The notes under the pieces: model-generated
What the model saw: only the letters and a program-made list of their open reading frames with translations
Database searches by the model: none
What the model was told of the DNA's origin: nothing
NCBI GenBank assembly: GCA_946610035.1
Contig: CAMOCC010000005.1
Span: forward strand, 1-59,399
Length of the DNA stretch: 59,399 nt
Source of the DNA: an uncultured Verrucomicrobiota bacterium
Lineage (GTDB): Bacteria; Verrucomicrobiota; Kiritimatiellia; RFP12; UBA1067
Reading direction: 5' to 3'
Made by a program: the position numbers and the translations under genes
In this document: positions 43,458-51,514 of the stretch, in pieces
Layout of the letters: each line of letters begins with the position of its first letter
How positions within the stretch are numbered: position 1 is the stretch's first letter

Positions 43458-43556
43458 CTCAATCCTCCTCAATTCATTTTTCTCGTCTCTCGTGACTCCC
43501 GACTCTTCACTCTGCACCCTTAACTCTCAACTCTTAACTCACTCCCGACTCCCCCA
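43458..43556. repeat. ~100-nt polypyrimidine (+) / polypurine (-) tract with direct repeats
   Basis: Only about 7 G on the + strand across ~100 nt. ACTCCCGACTC occurs at 43495-43505 and 43541-43551, and TAACTC is repeated. Confidence 0.7.
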
Positions 43557-44561
43557 CTAGACACCTTTTCTGTCGCAGAGAGCGGAGACGAGCAGCGCCT
43601 TGATTGTGTGCATGCGGTTCTCTGACTCGTCGAAGACCTTGGAGTACTTGGACTCGAACACCTCGTCAGTCACCTCCAGCGCACCGCAGTCCTTCGTGAC
43701 CTCGGTGTTGAAGTCGTGGAAAGCGGGAAGGCAGTGAAGGAACATGAGCCTGCCGTCGATGTTGCCCGTCGCGCGCATGAGGTCCATGTTGATCTGGTAG
43801 GGACGGAGCATCTTGATGCGCTCCGCCGTCTTCGCCTCCTCGCCCATCGACACCCAGACGTCGGTGTAGAGGACGTTCGCACCTTTCACGCCCTTCACGG
43901 GGTCGTCGAAGACGCGGATGTCCACTCCGTTGCGCTTTGCGACCTCCTCCGCCTCGGCGAGAATCGCCTCGTCCGGCCACAGCTCCCTCGGGGTGCAGCA
44001 GATGTAGCGGACGCCGCATTTGGCGCAGCCCATCATCAGCGAATTGGCGACGTTGTTCCTGCCGTCGCCCACGTATGCCACCGTCACGTCCTTGAGCGAG
44101 CCGAATGTCTCGCGCACCGTGAGGAGGTCGGCGAAAATCTGCGTCGGATGGTAGGCGTCCGTAAGCCCGTTCCACACGGGGACGCCGGAGTACTTCGCGA
44201 GGTCCTCGCAGTCCTGCTGGCGGAACCCGCGGAACAGTATGCCGTCGTAGATGCGCCCGAGGACGCGCGCGGTGTCCTTCACGGACTCCTTCTTCCCGAA
44301 GTGGATGTCGGGACGCGTCAGGTACTCGCCGTTCCCCCCTTCGTCGCGAATGGCGACGAGCGTGGAGTTGCGCGTACGCGTGGAGCTCTTCTCGAAAATC
44401 AGCGCGACGTTCTTGCGGTGCAGGAGATCGCCCCTCACCCCGGCCGCGCGGCGCGACTTCAACTGCGCCGCAAGGTCGATGAGATTCACCATCTCCTCGT
44501 CCGTAAACGAAGCGAGCCGCATCATCGAGCGGCCCTTCAGGCTGTCCATCCAAGTCAACAT
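43557..44561 (-). CDS. argF: Ornithine carbamoyltransferase
   Basis: FEKSSTRTRNS, HPTQIFADL and FLHCLPAFH. 334 aa. Confidence 0.9.
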   Translation of the reverse strand: MLTWMDSLKGRSMMRLASFTDEEMVNLIDLAAQLKSRRAAGVRGDLLHRKNVALIFEKSSTRTRNSTLVAIRDEGGNGEYLTRPDIHFGKKESVKDTARVLGRIYDGILFRGFRQQDCEDLAKYSGVPVWNGLTDAYHPTQIFADLLTVRETFGSLKDVTVAYVGDGRNNVANSLMMGCAKCGVRYICCTPRELWPDEAILAEAEEVAKRNGVDIRVFDDPVKGVKGANVLYTDVWVSMGEEAKTAERIKMLRPYQINMDLMRATGNIDGRLMFLHCLPAFHDFNTEVTKDCGALEVTDEVFESKYSKVFDESENRMHTIKALLVSALCDRKGV

Positions 44562-44600
44562 CTGCTTTGTCCTTTCATGACTCTTCTGTGTGAAAGCAAT

Positions 44601-44609
44601 ATTATATCA
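44601..44609 (-). promoter_or_regulatory. Extended -10 (TGATATAAT on - strand) upstream of argF
   Basis: The + strand reads ATTATATCA. A 39-nt leader carries a GAAAGGA SD. Confidence 0.55.
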
Positions 44610-44829
44610 CATTTTGACGCAAACGGCACACCAGACGAAGAAAAAGGTTCTTCAAAGAATTTAGTGGGAACACCTGCTACGGTTATTAACCACGGAACAC
44701 ACAGACGCCCGCATTCGCGGGACACCGAAGGCTGCATGAAAGATACCTTCGGGCAACTCGCTGACTTTCGTCAATCGCCGGGTCTTGTTGTCTTCCGGCA
44801 GTCGAATGCATGGTGGCTTGGAAGTCGAT

Positions 44830-44967
44830 TGCTCCACGCCCTTATTTGTTGCGTCGCGTGATTCGCCTGCGCCGAAGGCGTCAGGTTGGCCGACGAGCGA
44901 AGCGAGGAGCTTTGCGAAGCAAAGTCGCAAGAGCCCGAGCGACGCAACCCCCTGAGCGACGCAACCA
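44830..44967. repeat. Second copy of the TGCTCCA...GTTGCGTCGCG...GCGACGCAACCCCC module, with an expanded loop and a tandem GAGCGACGCAACC
   Basis: GTTGCGTCGC at 44848-44857 pairs with GCGACGCAAC at 44939-44948, and is repeated at 44956-44965. The inner hairpin is CTTTGC-GAA-GCAAAG at 44910-44924. Compare 9789-9834. Confidence 0.65.
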
Positions 44968-45021
44968 CTGTCAGTTGTTCCCATGAAGGGGGGTCCGTCG
45001 CTCCACGACGGACATTCACAA

Positions 45022-45058
45022 CTCGCGCGCCGAATCAAAAGAATCGGGAGCGCGCGAG
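45022..45058 (-). terminator. Strong hairpin 30 nt after the GH35 stop (possible terminator)
   Basis: CTCGCGCGC (45022-45030) / GCGCGCGAG (45050-45058) with an inner CCGAATC-AAAA-GAATCGG. The T-tract is poor. A separate 8-bp hairpin GTCCGTCG-CTCCA-CGACGGAC lies at 44993-45013. Confidence 0.4.
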
Positions 45059-45088
45059 GGGACGAACGAATGGCGGATGATGCGTCCG

Positions 45089-46891
45089 TCACCTCGGCTG
45101 CGGCAGGCTGACGGCGCGCGAGACGGACGCTTCGCCGAGGGCCGGGACGGGCGCGGTATCGAGGAAGATGGCGTCGCCACCGGGCCAGGGCGTAACCTTG
45201 AAATCGAGTTTGACTACATGCTCCGGAAGACGCCACAACGCGAACCTGAAGGCATCCCCGTTGTAGAAGTCGTCCGCGACGGGAACGCCGTCCGCCTCGA
45301 GCCGCGCCATGTCCCCGCGATAGGATATTTCCAGAATGCAGTTCCTGTCCTCGGGCAGCTCAACCGCCCATGTGGCCGCAGTCGACCATGCGTTCGGATC
45401 GGGCGTGGCGACGCCGTTAACACCCAACTTGACAGGAAGCGGATTCCCTGCGACGCTCAGTGGCGTAACGACCACCGGATCGGCTTCGACTGGCGAATCG
45501 TCGAGCGCGCCATCGTCATGGCGTCCGTCGACGATCCTGCGGATGTTCCCGTTCTCCTCGACCCCGATCCAGCACTCGCCCGAGGGATTGATGCGGCGCA
45601 CGTATTCGTTGTGGAAGATGAAGCGTCCGCGCCGCGACTCGTTGCGGCTGGTGAAGACGGGTTCCTCCAGCGCGAACTCGCCGCCGTACTTCGCGCAGAA
45701 CCGACCGAGGTCCCTTAGAAGCCACCACGACTTCTGGCGGACGCCGAATTCGCTCAGGGGAGACTGGAACTCGTAGCTGATCGGCGGCAGGTCGTTGTAG
45801 TTGGTGAAGCGGTCCGACTGGCTCTCGCCCATCGGAACACCCTGGTCCGTCGGATTCGTCCCGCCGCGGTACATGTAGTACCCGGGCAGGTTCGATCCGC
45901 TTCCAAGCTTGACGACACCAAGCGCGAAAGCGTCCATCGGCTCCATGACGAGGCGCCTGTGGTAGCTGGAGGCCATGCCGCCGCCGAGTTCGCATGTGAA
46001 GTACGGATATTGCGCGGCGCCCTTTGCATCCTCGGCCTTCTGTGCACCGAGCTGCTCGGTTGCAATGGCGGCGGACGTCCTGACCTCCTTCATTGCAAAG
46101 GCGTTGCGGTACTCCGCATTCGGCATGGAGGTGGTCTGGCGGTCCCAGAAGCCCTCTGCGTAGTCGCCGTAGAGAGGAATCATTTCGCCGAAGGTCCTCT
46201 CGCCTCCGTTGAGGCGCGGCCACCCCGTGCGCGTGTACATCGGCGCGTCGTAGCCCAGCTCGACGGCAAGGCGCTTGAGTTCTTGGTAGTAGGCCCACGG
46301 ACCCCTGCTCTCGTTCTCAAGCTGGATTCCGACGACAGGTCCGCCGTTCTTCCACAGATGCGGCAGCACCTCGGGCGCGAGGCGCGTCCAGAACTTCCGC
46401 GTTTCCTCCATGAACCACGCGTCTGTCGTGCGCAGGACGTTCGAGAGCTTTCCCTTCTTCGCCTTGGACCGCTCCGCCGCCTCCGCGACAAGCCAGTCGG
46501 GGAAGCCGCCCTCGCGCACCTCGCCGTGCGCCCACGGACCGATCCTGACGATCGCCCAGAGTCCGCACTCCTTCACGGTCTCGAGGAACTTGGAAAGATT
46601 CCTCGATCCGTCGAACCTGTATTCGCCGCGCTCCCATTCGTGGTGGTTCCAGAAGACGTAGGTCGAGACGATCGTCACGCCTCCCTCCTTCATCTTCAGG
46701 AGCTGGTCGCGCCACTCGTCGGCAGGGAGGCGCGAATAGTGTATTTCGCCCATCATGGGGACGATCGGACTCCCGTTGTAGAGGAGCGCCTTTGACGTTA
46801 CATCGAGTCTTCCGCCGTCGGGTGCGACGTTGGCACCCTGAGGTATCGGCGTCCCCGTCGACAGGGCCGCTGCAAGTAGAAGGGATATCAT
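45089..46891 (-). CDS. Beta-galactosidase, GH35
   Basis: MGEIHYSRLP, VSTYVFWNHHE, IRIGPWAHGEVREGGFPDWL. SD AAAGGAG. Lies 25 nt downstream of the CE12 gene. Confidence 0.85.
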   Translation of the reverse strand: MISLLLAAALSTGTPIPQGANVAPDGGRLDVTSKALLYNGSPIVPMMGEIHYSRLPADEWRDQLLKMKEGGVTIVSTYVFWNHHEWERGEYRFDGSRNLSKFLETVKECGLWAIVRIGPWAHGEVREGGFPDWLVAEAAERSKAKKGKLSNVLRTTDAWFMEETRKFWTRLAPEVLPHLWKNGGPVVGIQLENESRGPWAYYQELKRLAVELGYDAPMYTRTGWPRLNGGERTFGEMIPLYGDYAEGFWDRQTTSMPNAEYRNAFAMKEVRTSAAIATEQLGAQKAEDAKGAAQYPYFTCELGGGMASSYHRRLVMEPMDAFALGVVKLGSGSNLPGYYMYRGGTNPTDQGVPMGESQSDRFTNYNDLPPISYEFQSPLSEFGVRQKSWWLLRDLGRFCAKYGGEFALEEPVFTSRNESRRGRFIFHNEYVRRINPSGECWIGVEENGNIRRIVDGRHDDGALDDSPVEADPVVVTPLSVAGNPLPVKLGVNGVATPDPNAWSTAATWAVELPEDRNCILEISYRGDMARLEADGVPVADDFYNGDAFRFALWRLPEHVVKLDFKVTPWPGGDAIFLDTAPVPALGEASVSRAVSLPQPR

Positions 46892-46916
46892 GCACTTACT
46901 CCTTTCAGGTTGTCTG

Positions 46917-48071
46917 TCAGTTACCGGCGGGCTTCTTAGAATCAGTGACGGCGCTCGGCGGGATCATCGGATCTGGATCGAACTTCAGCGGATCGAACAT
47001 CCTGTATCTTTCGCGGACGAAGTCCTTGAGCCCGGGAACCAGCCTCGTTATCTCCGACGCCTCGATGCGCGCCATCTCGTACGCGCCGTATATTGAATGG
47101 TGGGTGTTGTCGTTGATTGTGTTGACGACGCCGGGATACGAGCCCTTCTCGTACCAGCACTGGAAGGCCTTGGACCCCTCCTCGCCGGCGGCGCCCATCA
47201 TCGCATAGCTGAGCTCGTTCATGTCGATCAGCGGAAGGCCGCGCGCCTTCGCAAACGCGCGCGCCGCGTCCGCATACCCCGCGAGCGTGTGCGGACTCTG
47301 CACTCCATTGCTGAACCTGCGGCGCTCTATCGGCGTCGCGATGATGACGTTCGCACCCTTCGCCTGCAACTTGTCCGTCCACTCTCCAAGCCGCCTGGTG
47401 TATCCATTCTCCGGCTCCTCGCCCTTGCGCTTCTGGTCGTTGTGCCCGAACTGGATCAGCACCCAGTCCCCCGCCTTGACGTTCTCAAGGATGCGGACGA
47501 GCCGTCCGTCCCCTTCGAACGTCGCCATGGCCAGTCCGGACTTCGCGAAGTTGCTCACTGCGACGCCCTTCTTAAAGAAGGCGGGCGCTATCTGTCCCCA
47601 GCTGCCCCACGGCTCACCGCGCTGGTCGGTGGTGGTGGAGTCGCCGCAGAGGTAGAACGTCAGGGAGTCCGCCGACGGCTCGAACTCCACCGACGGCGCG
47701 GAGGCAGCAGTCGTGAAGACGTCAATTACCAGAGACTTGTTGGAATCGGCGGTGGCTTTGCGAGTCGAGTACGGACCCGGCAGCCGTACGGTCGCCTCGA
47801 ACGTCTTGCGCTCACCGGGCGCCGTGACGAGCCTGTCGCACAAAAGCCTGCGGCCTGCGCACTTCACGAAGTTGGTGGTCGCCGCATCGCCGCCGAAGGT
47901 CAGCTTGACGTCGAAGTTACCGATGTTAAGCTTCGCTTCGCCGTGGAAGACCCTGTATCCGGCTTCGGCCGTCATCTTGACGGCCGGAACCTCGGTCAAC
48001 TCAAGATGAGCGGCCTTGGAGACGAACGCCGCCATCAAGGCGACGCATAAAAAAGGAAATTGATTGTTCAT
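46917..48071 (-). CDS. SGNH/GDSL hydrolase, rhamnogalacturonan acetylesterase-like (CE12)
   Basis: YLCGDSTT (block I), IQFGHNDQ (block III), NDNTHHSIYGAYEMA (block V). The start MNNQFPFLCVALMAAF (48071) gives a signal peptide. The rest of the tracked 582-aa ORF is Arg-rich noise. Confidence 0.8.
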   Translation of the reverse strand: MNNQFPFLCVALMAAFVSKAAHLELTEVPAVKMTAEAGYRVFHGEAKLNIGNFDVKLTFGGDAATTNFVKCAGRRLLCDRLVTAPGERKTFEATVRLPGPYSTRKATADSNKSLVIDVFTTAASAPSVEFEPSADSLTFYLCGDSTTTDQRGEPWGSWGQIAPAFFKKGVAVSNFAKSGLAMATFEGDGRLVRILENVKAGDWVLIQFGHNDQKRKGEEPENGYTRRLGEWTDKLQAKGANVIIATPIERRRFSNGVQSPHTLAGYADAARAFAKARGLPLIDMNELSYAMMGAAGEEGSKAFQCWYEKGSYPGVVNTINDNTHHSIYGAYEMARIEASEITRLVPGLKDFVRERYRMFDPLKFDPDPMIPPSAVTDSKKPAGN

Positions 48072-48077
48072 GCACAC

Positions 48078-48086
48078 ATGATAGCA
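48078..48086 (-). promoter_or_regulatory. Extended -10-like element (TGCTATCAT on - strand) 6 nt from ATG 48071
   Basis: The + strand reads ATGATAGCA. Confidence 0.4.
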
Positions 48087-48124
48087 TAAGCAATCATTCC
48101 CGCCTACACCCTTGCGGGTAGGTG

Positions 48125-49273
48125 TCAGGAGCGGTGGAAGTCGCGCAAGTAGTCGGAATAGTCCCAGTATAGTATCTTCCGGCGGCCCTCCTTGCGCGAG
48201 ACGAGCACGATGTCCGGATGCCGCACGCCGTTGAACCAGCTCTGCTGAGCGAAGGAATACGAGCCGAGTCCGCCGAGGACCACTTCGTCCCCGACCTCGA
48301 GCGGCGTCGCGAAGGTGTATTCGCCTATCACGTCGCCCGCAAGGCACGAGACGCAGCCGAGAATCGTGCGCCGCCCCGCATCCGCCTGCACTGGCGCAAG
48401 GACGTCCGCGCGCATGTCGAACAGGAGCAGGTCCGTCGCATGGCAGGAGAGCGACACGTCCAGCACCGCCACGTCCTTTTCGGGACGGCGTATGACGTCG
48501 AGGACGTGCGCGACGAGGCTTCCCGAATACCGCACCATGTACTCGCTCGGCTCGATCATCACCTCGAAGTCGCCGCACTTCTTGAGTGCTGCGACGGCCG
48601 CGACGGCGCGCGGAGTCGCGAAGGCCGGATCGTTGACAACCTCGCCTCCGCCAAGGTTGATCCATTTGAGGGTGGCTGGTTGTTGGCGGTTGGTGTAGAG
48701 GCGGGGGAGAAGCGCCGCGAGGCGCTCGACCATTCCGGCGAAGTCGTCAGCATAGCCTTCGCAGAGGGCGTGGACGTGGAGTCCGTCGATGGTGTCGAAA
48801 ATCGCCGTCCTTTCCGCTTCGTCCAGCCTCTCCAGCTCCTCCGGCATGACGCCGAAGCGCGAGTCGGGGCAGCACGGATCGTACTTGAGGCAGTCGGCGG
48901 ACGAGAACCCCGGATTGATGCGGAGCCCGACGCTCACCCCCTTCGCCTTGACCTGTGCGCCGAAGCGACGCAACTGGTCGATGGAGTTGAAGACGATGTG
49001 AGTACACGTCTCGGCGAGGTCGTCGATCTCGTCCTCCGCGTATGCGGGGGAATGGACGTGAACCTCCTTGAAGCCGAGCCTGCCGAGGCGCGCCTCGAAG
49101 AGTCCGGACGCCGTGACGCCCTCCACGTGCGGCGCGAGCGTCGGAAACGCGTCCGGGAGCGGAAAGCTCTTCAGCGCCATCAGGAGGCGGACGCCGAGCC
49201 TGTCGGCGTTCGCGCGCGCGATCCGCGCCGTTTCGGCGAGCGAATCGAGGTCGATCCTGTACTCCGGCTTCAC
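48125..49273 (-). CDS. nspC: Carboxynorspermidine/carboxyspermidine decarboxylase
   Basis: LLMALKSFP, ASGLFEARLGR, IVFNSIDQL, INLGGG, CLAGDVIGEY and SWFNGV align with my recollection of Vibrio NspC. GTG start at 49273, 2 nt after the upstream stop. Confidence 0.85.
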   Translation of the reverse strand: MKPEYRIDLDSLAETARIARANADRLGVRLLMALKSFPLPDAFPTLAPHVEGVTASGLFEARLGRLGFKEVHVHSPAYAEDEIDDLAETCTHIVFNSIDQLRRFGAQVKAKGVSVGLRINPGFSSADCLKYDPCCPDSRFGVMPEELERLDEAERTAIFDTIDGLHVHALCEGYADDFAGMVERLAALLPRLYTNRQQPATLKWINLGGGEVVNDPAFATPRAVAAVAALKKCGDFEVMIEPSEYMVRYSGSLVAHVLDVIRRPEKDVAVLDVSLSCHATDLLLFDMRADVLAPVQADAGRRTILGCVSCLAGDVIGEYTFATPLEVGDEVVLGGLGSYSFAQQSWFNGVRHPDIVLVSRKEGRRKILYWDYSDYLRDFHRS

Positions 49274-49275
49274 CT

Positions 49276-50559
49276 TCAGCCGACCTTGACCGGATTGAAG
49301 TTCTCCTGCCAGGGGAGTCCCTGCTTGTTGAGCTCGGCCATGAACGGATCGGGGTCGAACTCCTCGCACGTATGGACGCCCTTGGTCGTCCACTTGCCCT
49401 CGAGGAACATCTTCGCTCCGATCATCGCCGGGACGCCCGTCGTATAGCTTATCGCCTGCGAGCCGACCTCGGCATAGCACTCCTGGTGGTCGCAGACGTT
49501 GTACACGTAGTAGTCCACGCTCTTGCCGTCCTTCATTCCGTGGAAGATGCAGCCGATGTTCGTCTTGCCCTTCGTCCTCGGACCGAGCGTGGCGGGGTCG
49601 GGCAAAAGCGCCTTGAGAAACTCGATCGGGACGATCTTCTGTCCCTTGAAGTCGACCGGGTCGATTCGCGTCATCCCGACGTTTTCGAGGCACTTCAGGT
49701 GCGTGAGATAGCTCTGTCCGAACGTCATGAAGAAGCGTATGCGCTTGATGCCCTTCAGGTTGCAGCCGAGCGACTCCAGCTCCTCGTGGTGGAGGAGGTA
49801 CATGTCCTTCTTCCCAACCTGGTCGAAGACGTACTCGCGCTTGATGGCCATGGGCGCGGTCTCGACCCACCAGCCCTTGTCAAACGCCTTCTTGTTTTCG
49901 ACGGCGACCTCGGGCTTGTCGTCCTTGGGATCGGCGACCCAGTACGAGCCCTTCGCGGCGACCTCGCGGATGTTAATCTCGGGGTTGAAGTTCGTCGCAA
50001 AGGGATAGCCGTGGTCGCCGCCGTTGCAGTCGAGGATGTCGAGAGTCTCGATGGTGTCGAAGTAGTGCTTCTGGGCGTAGGCGGAGAAGACCTGCGTAAC
50101 TCCGGGGTCGAAGCCGCAGCCGAGGATCGCCGTAAGGCCCGCCTTCTCGAACCTCTCGCGGTAGGCCCACTGCCAGGAGTACTCGAAGTGCGCCTCGTCC
50201 GGCGGCTCGTAGTTCGCCGTATCGAGATAGCTGACTCCGGCCGCGAGGCACGCGTCCATGATCGCGAGGTCCTGGTACGGGAGCGCGATGTTCATCACCA
50301 GATCGGGCTTGAACTCCTTGATGAGCGCAGTGAGGCGCGGAACGTCCATTGCGTCGATCTGGGCGGTCGTGATCTTGGTGGTGACGCCCTTCTCGGCAAA
50401 CCACGGACGCGACTCGATGTCCGCCTTGATCGCCTTGCAGCGCGCCTCTGTGCGCGAGGCGATGAGGAGTTCGCCGAACGTTTCGGGATTGCGGCACATC
50501 TTTGCCGCAGCGACGCCGGCGACGCCGCCGGCACCAACTAGTAGGACTTTCTTGCTCAT
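49276..50559 (-). CDS. Carboxynorspermidine synthase/dehydrogenase (saccharopine dehydrogenase family)
   Basis: VLLVGAGGVAG, IASRT, YSWQWAYRERFEKAGLTAILGCGFDPGV, AISYTTGVPAMIGA, DPDPF. Confidence 0.87.
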   Translation of the reverse strand: MSKKVLLVGAGGVAGVAAAKMCRNPETFGELLIASRTEARCKAIKADIESRPWFAEKGVTTKITTAQIDAMDVPRLTALIKEFKPDLVMNIALPYQDLAIMDACLAAGVSYLDTANYEPPDEAHFEYSWQWAYRERFEKAGLTAILGCGFDPGVTQVFSAYAQKHYFDTIETLDILDCNGGDHGYPFATNFNPEINIREVAAKGSYWVADPKDDKPEVAVENKKAFDKGWWVETAPMAIKREYVFDQVGKKDMYLLHHEELESLGCNLKGIKRIRFFMTFGQSYLTHLKCLENVGMTRIDPVDFKGQKIVPIEFLKALLPDPATLGPRTKGKTNIGCIFHGMKDGKSVDYYVYNVCDHQECYAEVGSQAISYTTGVPAMIGAKMFLEGKWTTKGVHTCEEFDPDPFMAELNKQGLPWQENFNPVKVG

Positions 50560-50567
50560 GATTTACG

Positions 50568-50576
50568 ATTATATCA
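50568..50576 (-). promoter_or_regulatory. Extended -10 (TGATATAAT on - strand) 8 nt from ATG 50559 (leaderless arrangement)
   Basis: The + strand reads ATTATATCA. Confidence 0.55.
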
Positions 50577-50646
50577 GATTTGACCGCCAACCGCAACTGT
50601 GACGCGATGTAAAAATCGGACTTGGGGAGAGGCGCGCTTGCGGCGG

Positions 50647-51504
50647 TCAGCGAATCTCGTTGATGATGGCGATGGCAAGGCGGCCGACGGCGAGCAGAGA
50701 CTCCTCCGAAACCTTGTCCATCGTGTCCGCAGGCGTATGCCAGTAGTCGTTGAGCCCACGCTTGGACCCGTAGTCGAAATCGATTATGTCAACCGCCGGG
50801 AAGCCTTCATCCAGGAACGCGACGTGGTCGTCCTTAACGAGGTCGTCCGAAACCGACACCTTCTCGGCGATGCCGGCGCGCTTGGCCATCTCAAGCACTC
50901 CGCCGCGCAACGAATCCGTTCCGTTTCGAGGTATGCTGATGTTGAGATCCCTGTCGCCCAGCATGTCAAGGCAGACGACGGCGCGGACGTCCAGTTTGTC
51001 CCCCTTCAACTTCTTTGCGGCGTGCCTGGATCCCCAGAAGCCGTCCTTTTTCGAATACGCCTTTCGGCATTCCTCGCCGTCCGTCCACACGAGGCGGACG
51101 TTTACGCCCTTCGGCTTGTCGTCAAAGAGGCGGCTGGCGATGGCCACGAGGAGTCCGCTAGTAGACGCCCCGTCGTTTGCGCCGGGGCAGGCGACGCCCG
51201 GTTTTGTGTCGTAATGAGACACGAACACAAGCCATGGCGCGGACGGATCGGATACGTAGTCGCAGGTGATGTTTGCGAATAGGCGCGGACCCGACTCCGT
51301 CTCCGCCGAGAAGGAATCGAAAGTCGCATCCAGTCCGGACGCATTCGCCGCATCGAAGATGAAACGCGCCGCGAGGCGCCCTGGAATCGTCCCGGCGTCG
51401 CGCGGCGTATGCCGCTCGACGAGCTTCTCGGATGTCTGGTAGGCCAATTTGGCATCCGCCGGCCAGAATGCCAGGGCGGCCGCAAGGACGGCTGCTGTTG
51501 TCAT
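50647..51504 (-). CDS. M28 family zinc peptidase (glutaminyl-cyclase-like)
   Basis: VSHYDTKPG, GANDGASTSGLLVAIA, WTDGEE and HTPADTMDKVS metal-ligand blocks. Confidence 0.78.
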   Translation of the reverse strand: MTTAAVLAAALAFWPADAKLAYQTSEKLVERHTPRDAGTIPGRLAARFIFDAANASGLDATFDSFSAETESGPRLFANITCDYVSDPSAPWLVFVSHYDTKPGVACPGANDGASTSGLLVAIASRLFDDKPKGVNVRLVWTDGEECRKAYSKKDGFWGSRHAAKKLKGDKLDVRAVVCLDMLGDRDLNISIPRNGTDSLRGGVLEMAKRAGIAEKVSVSDDLVKDDHVAFLDEGFPAVDIIDFDYGSKRGLNDYWHTPADTMDKVSEESLLAVGRLAIAIINEIR

Positions 51505-51514
51505 GGCGATGGAA

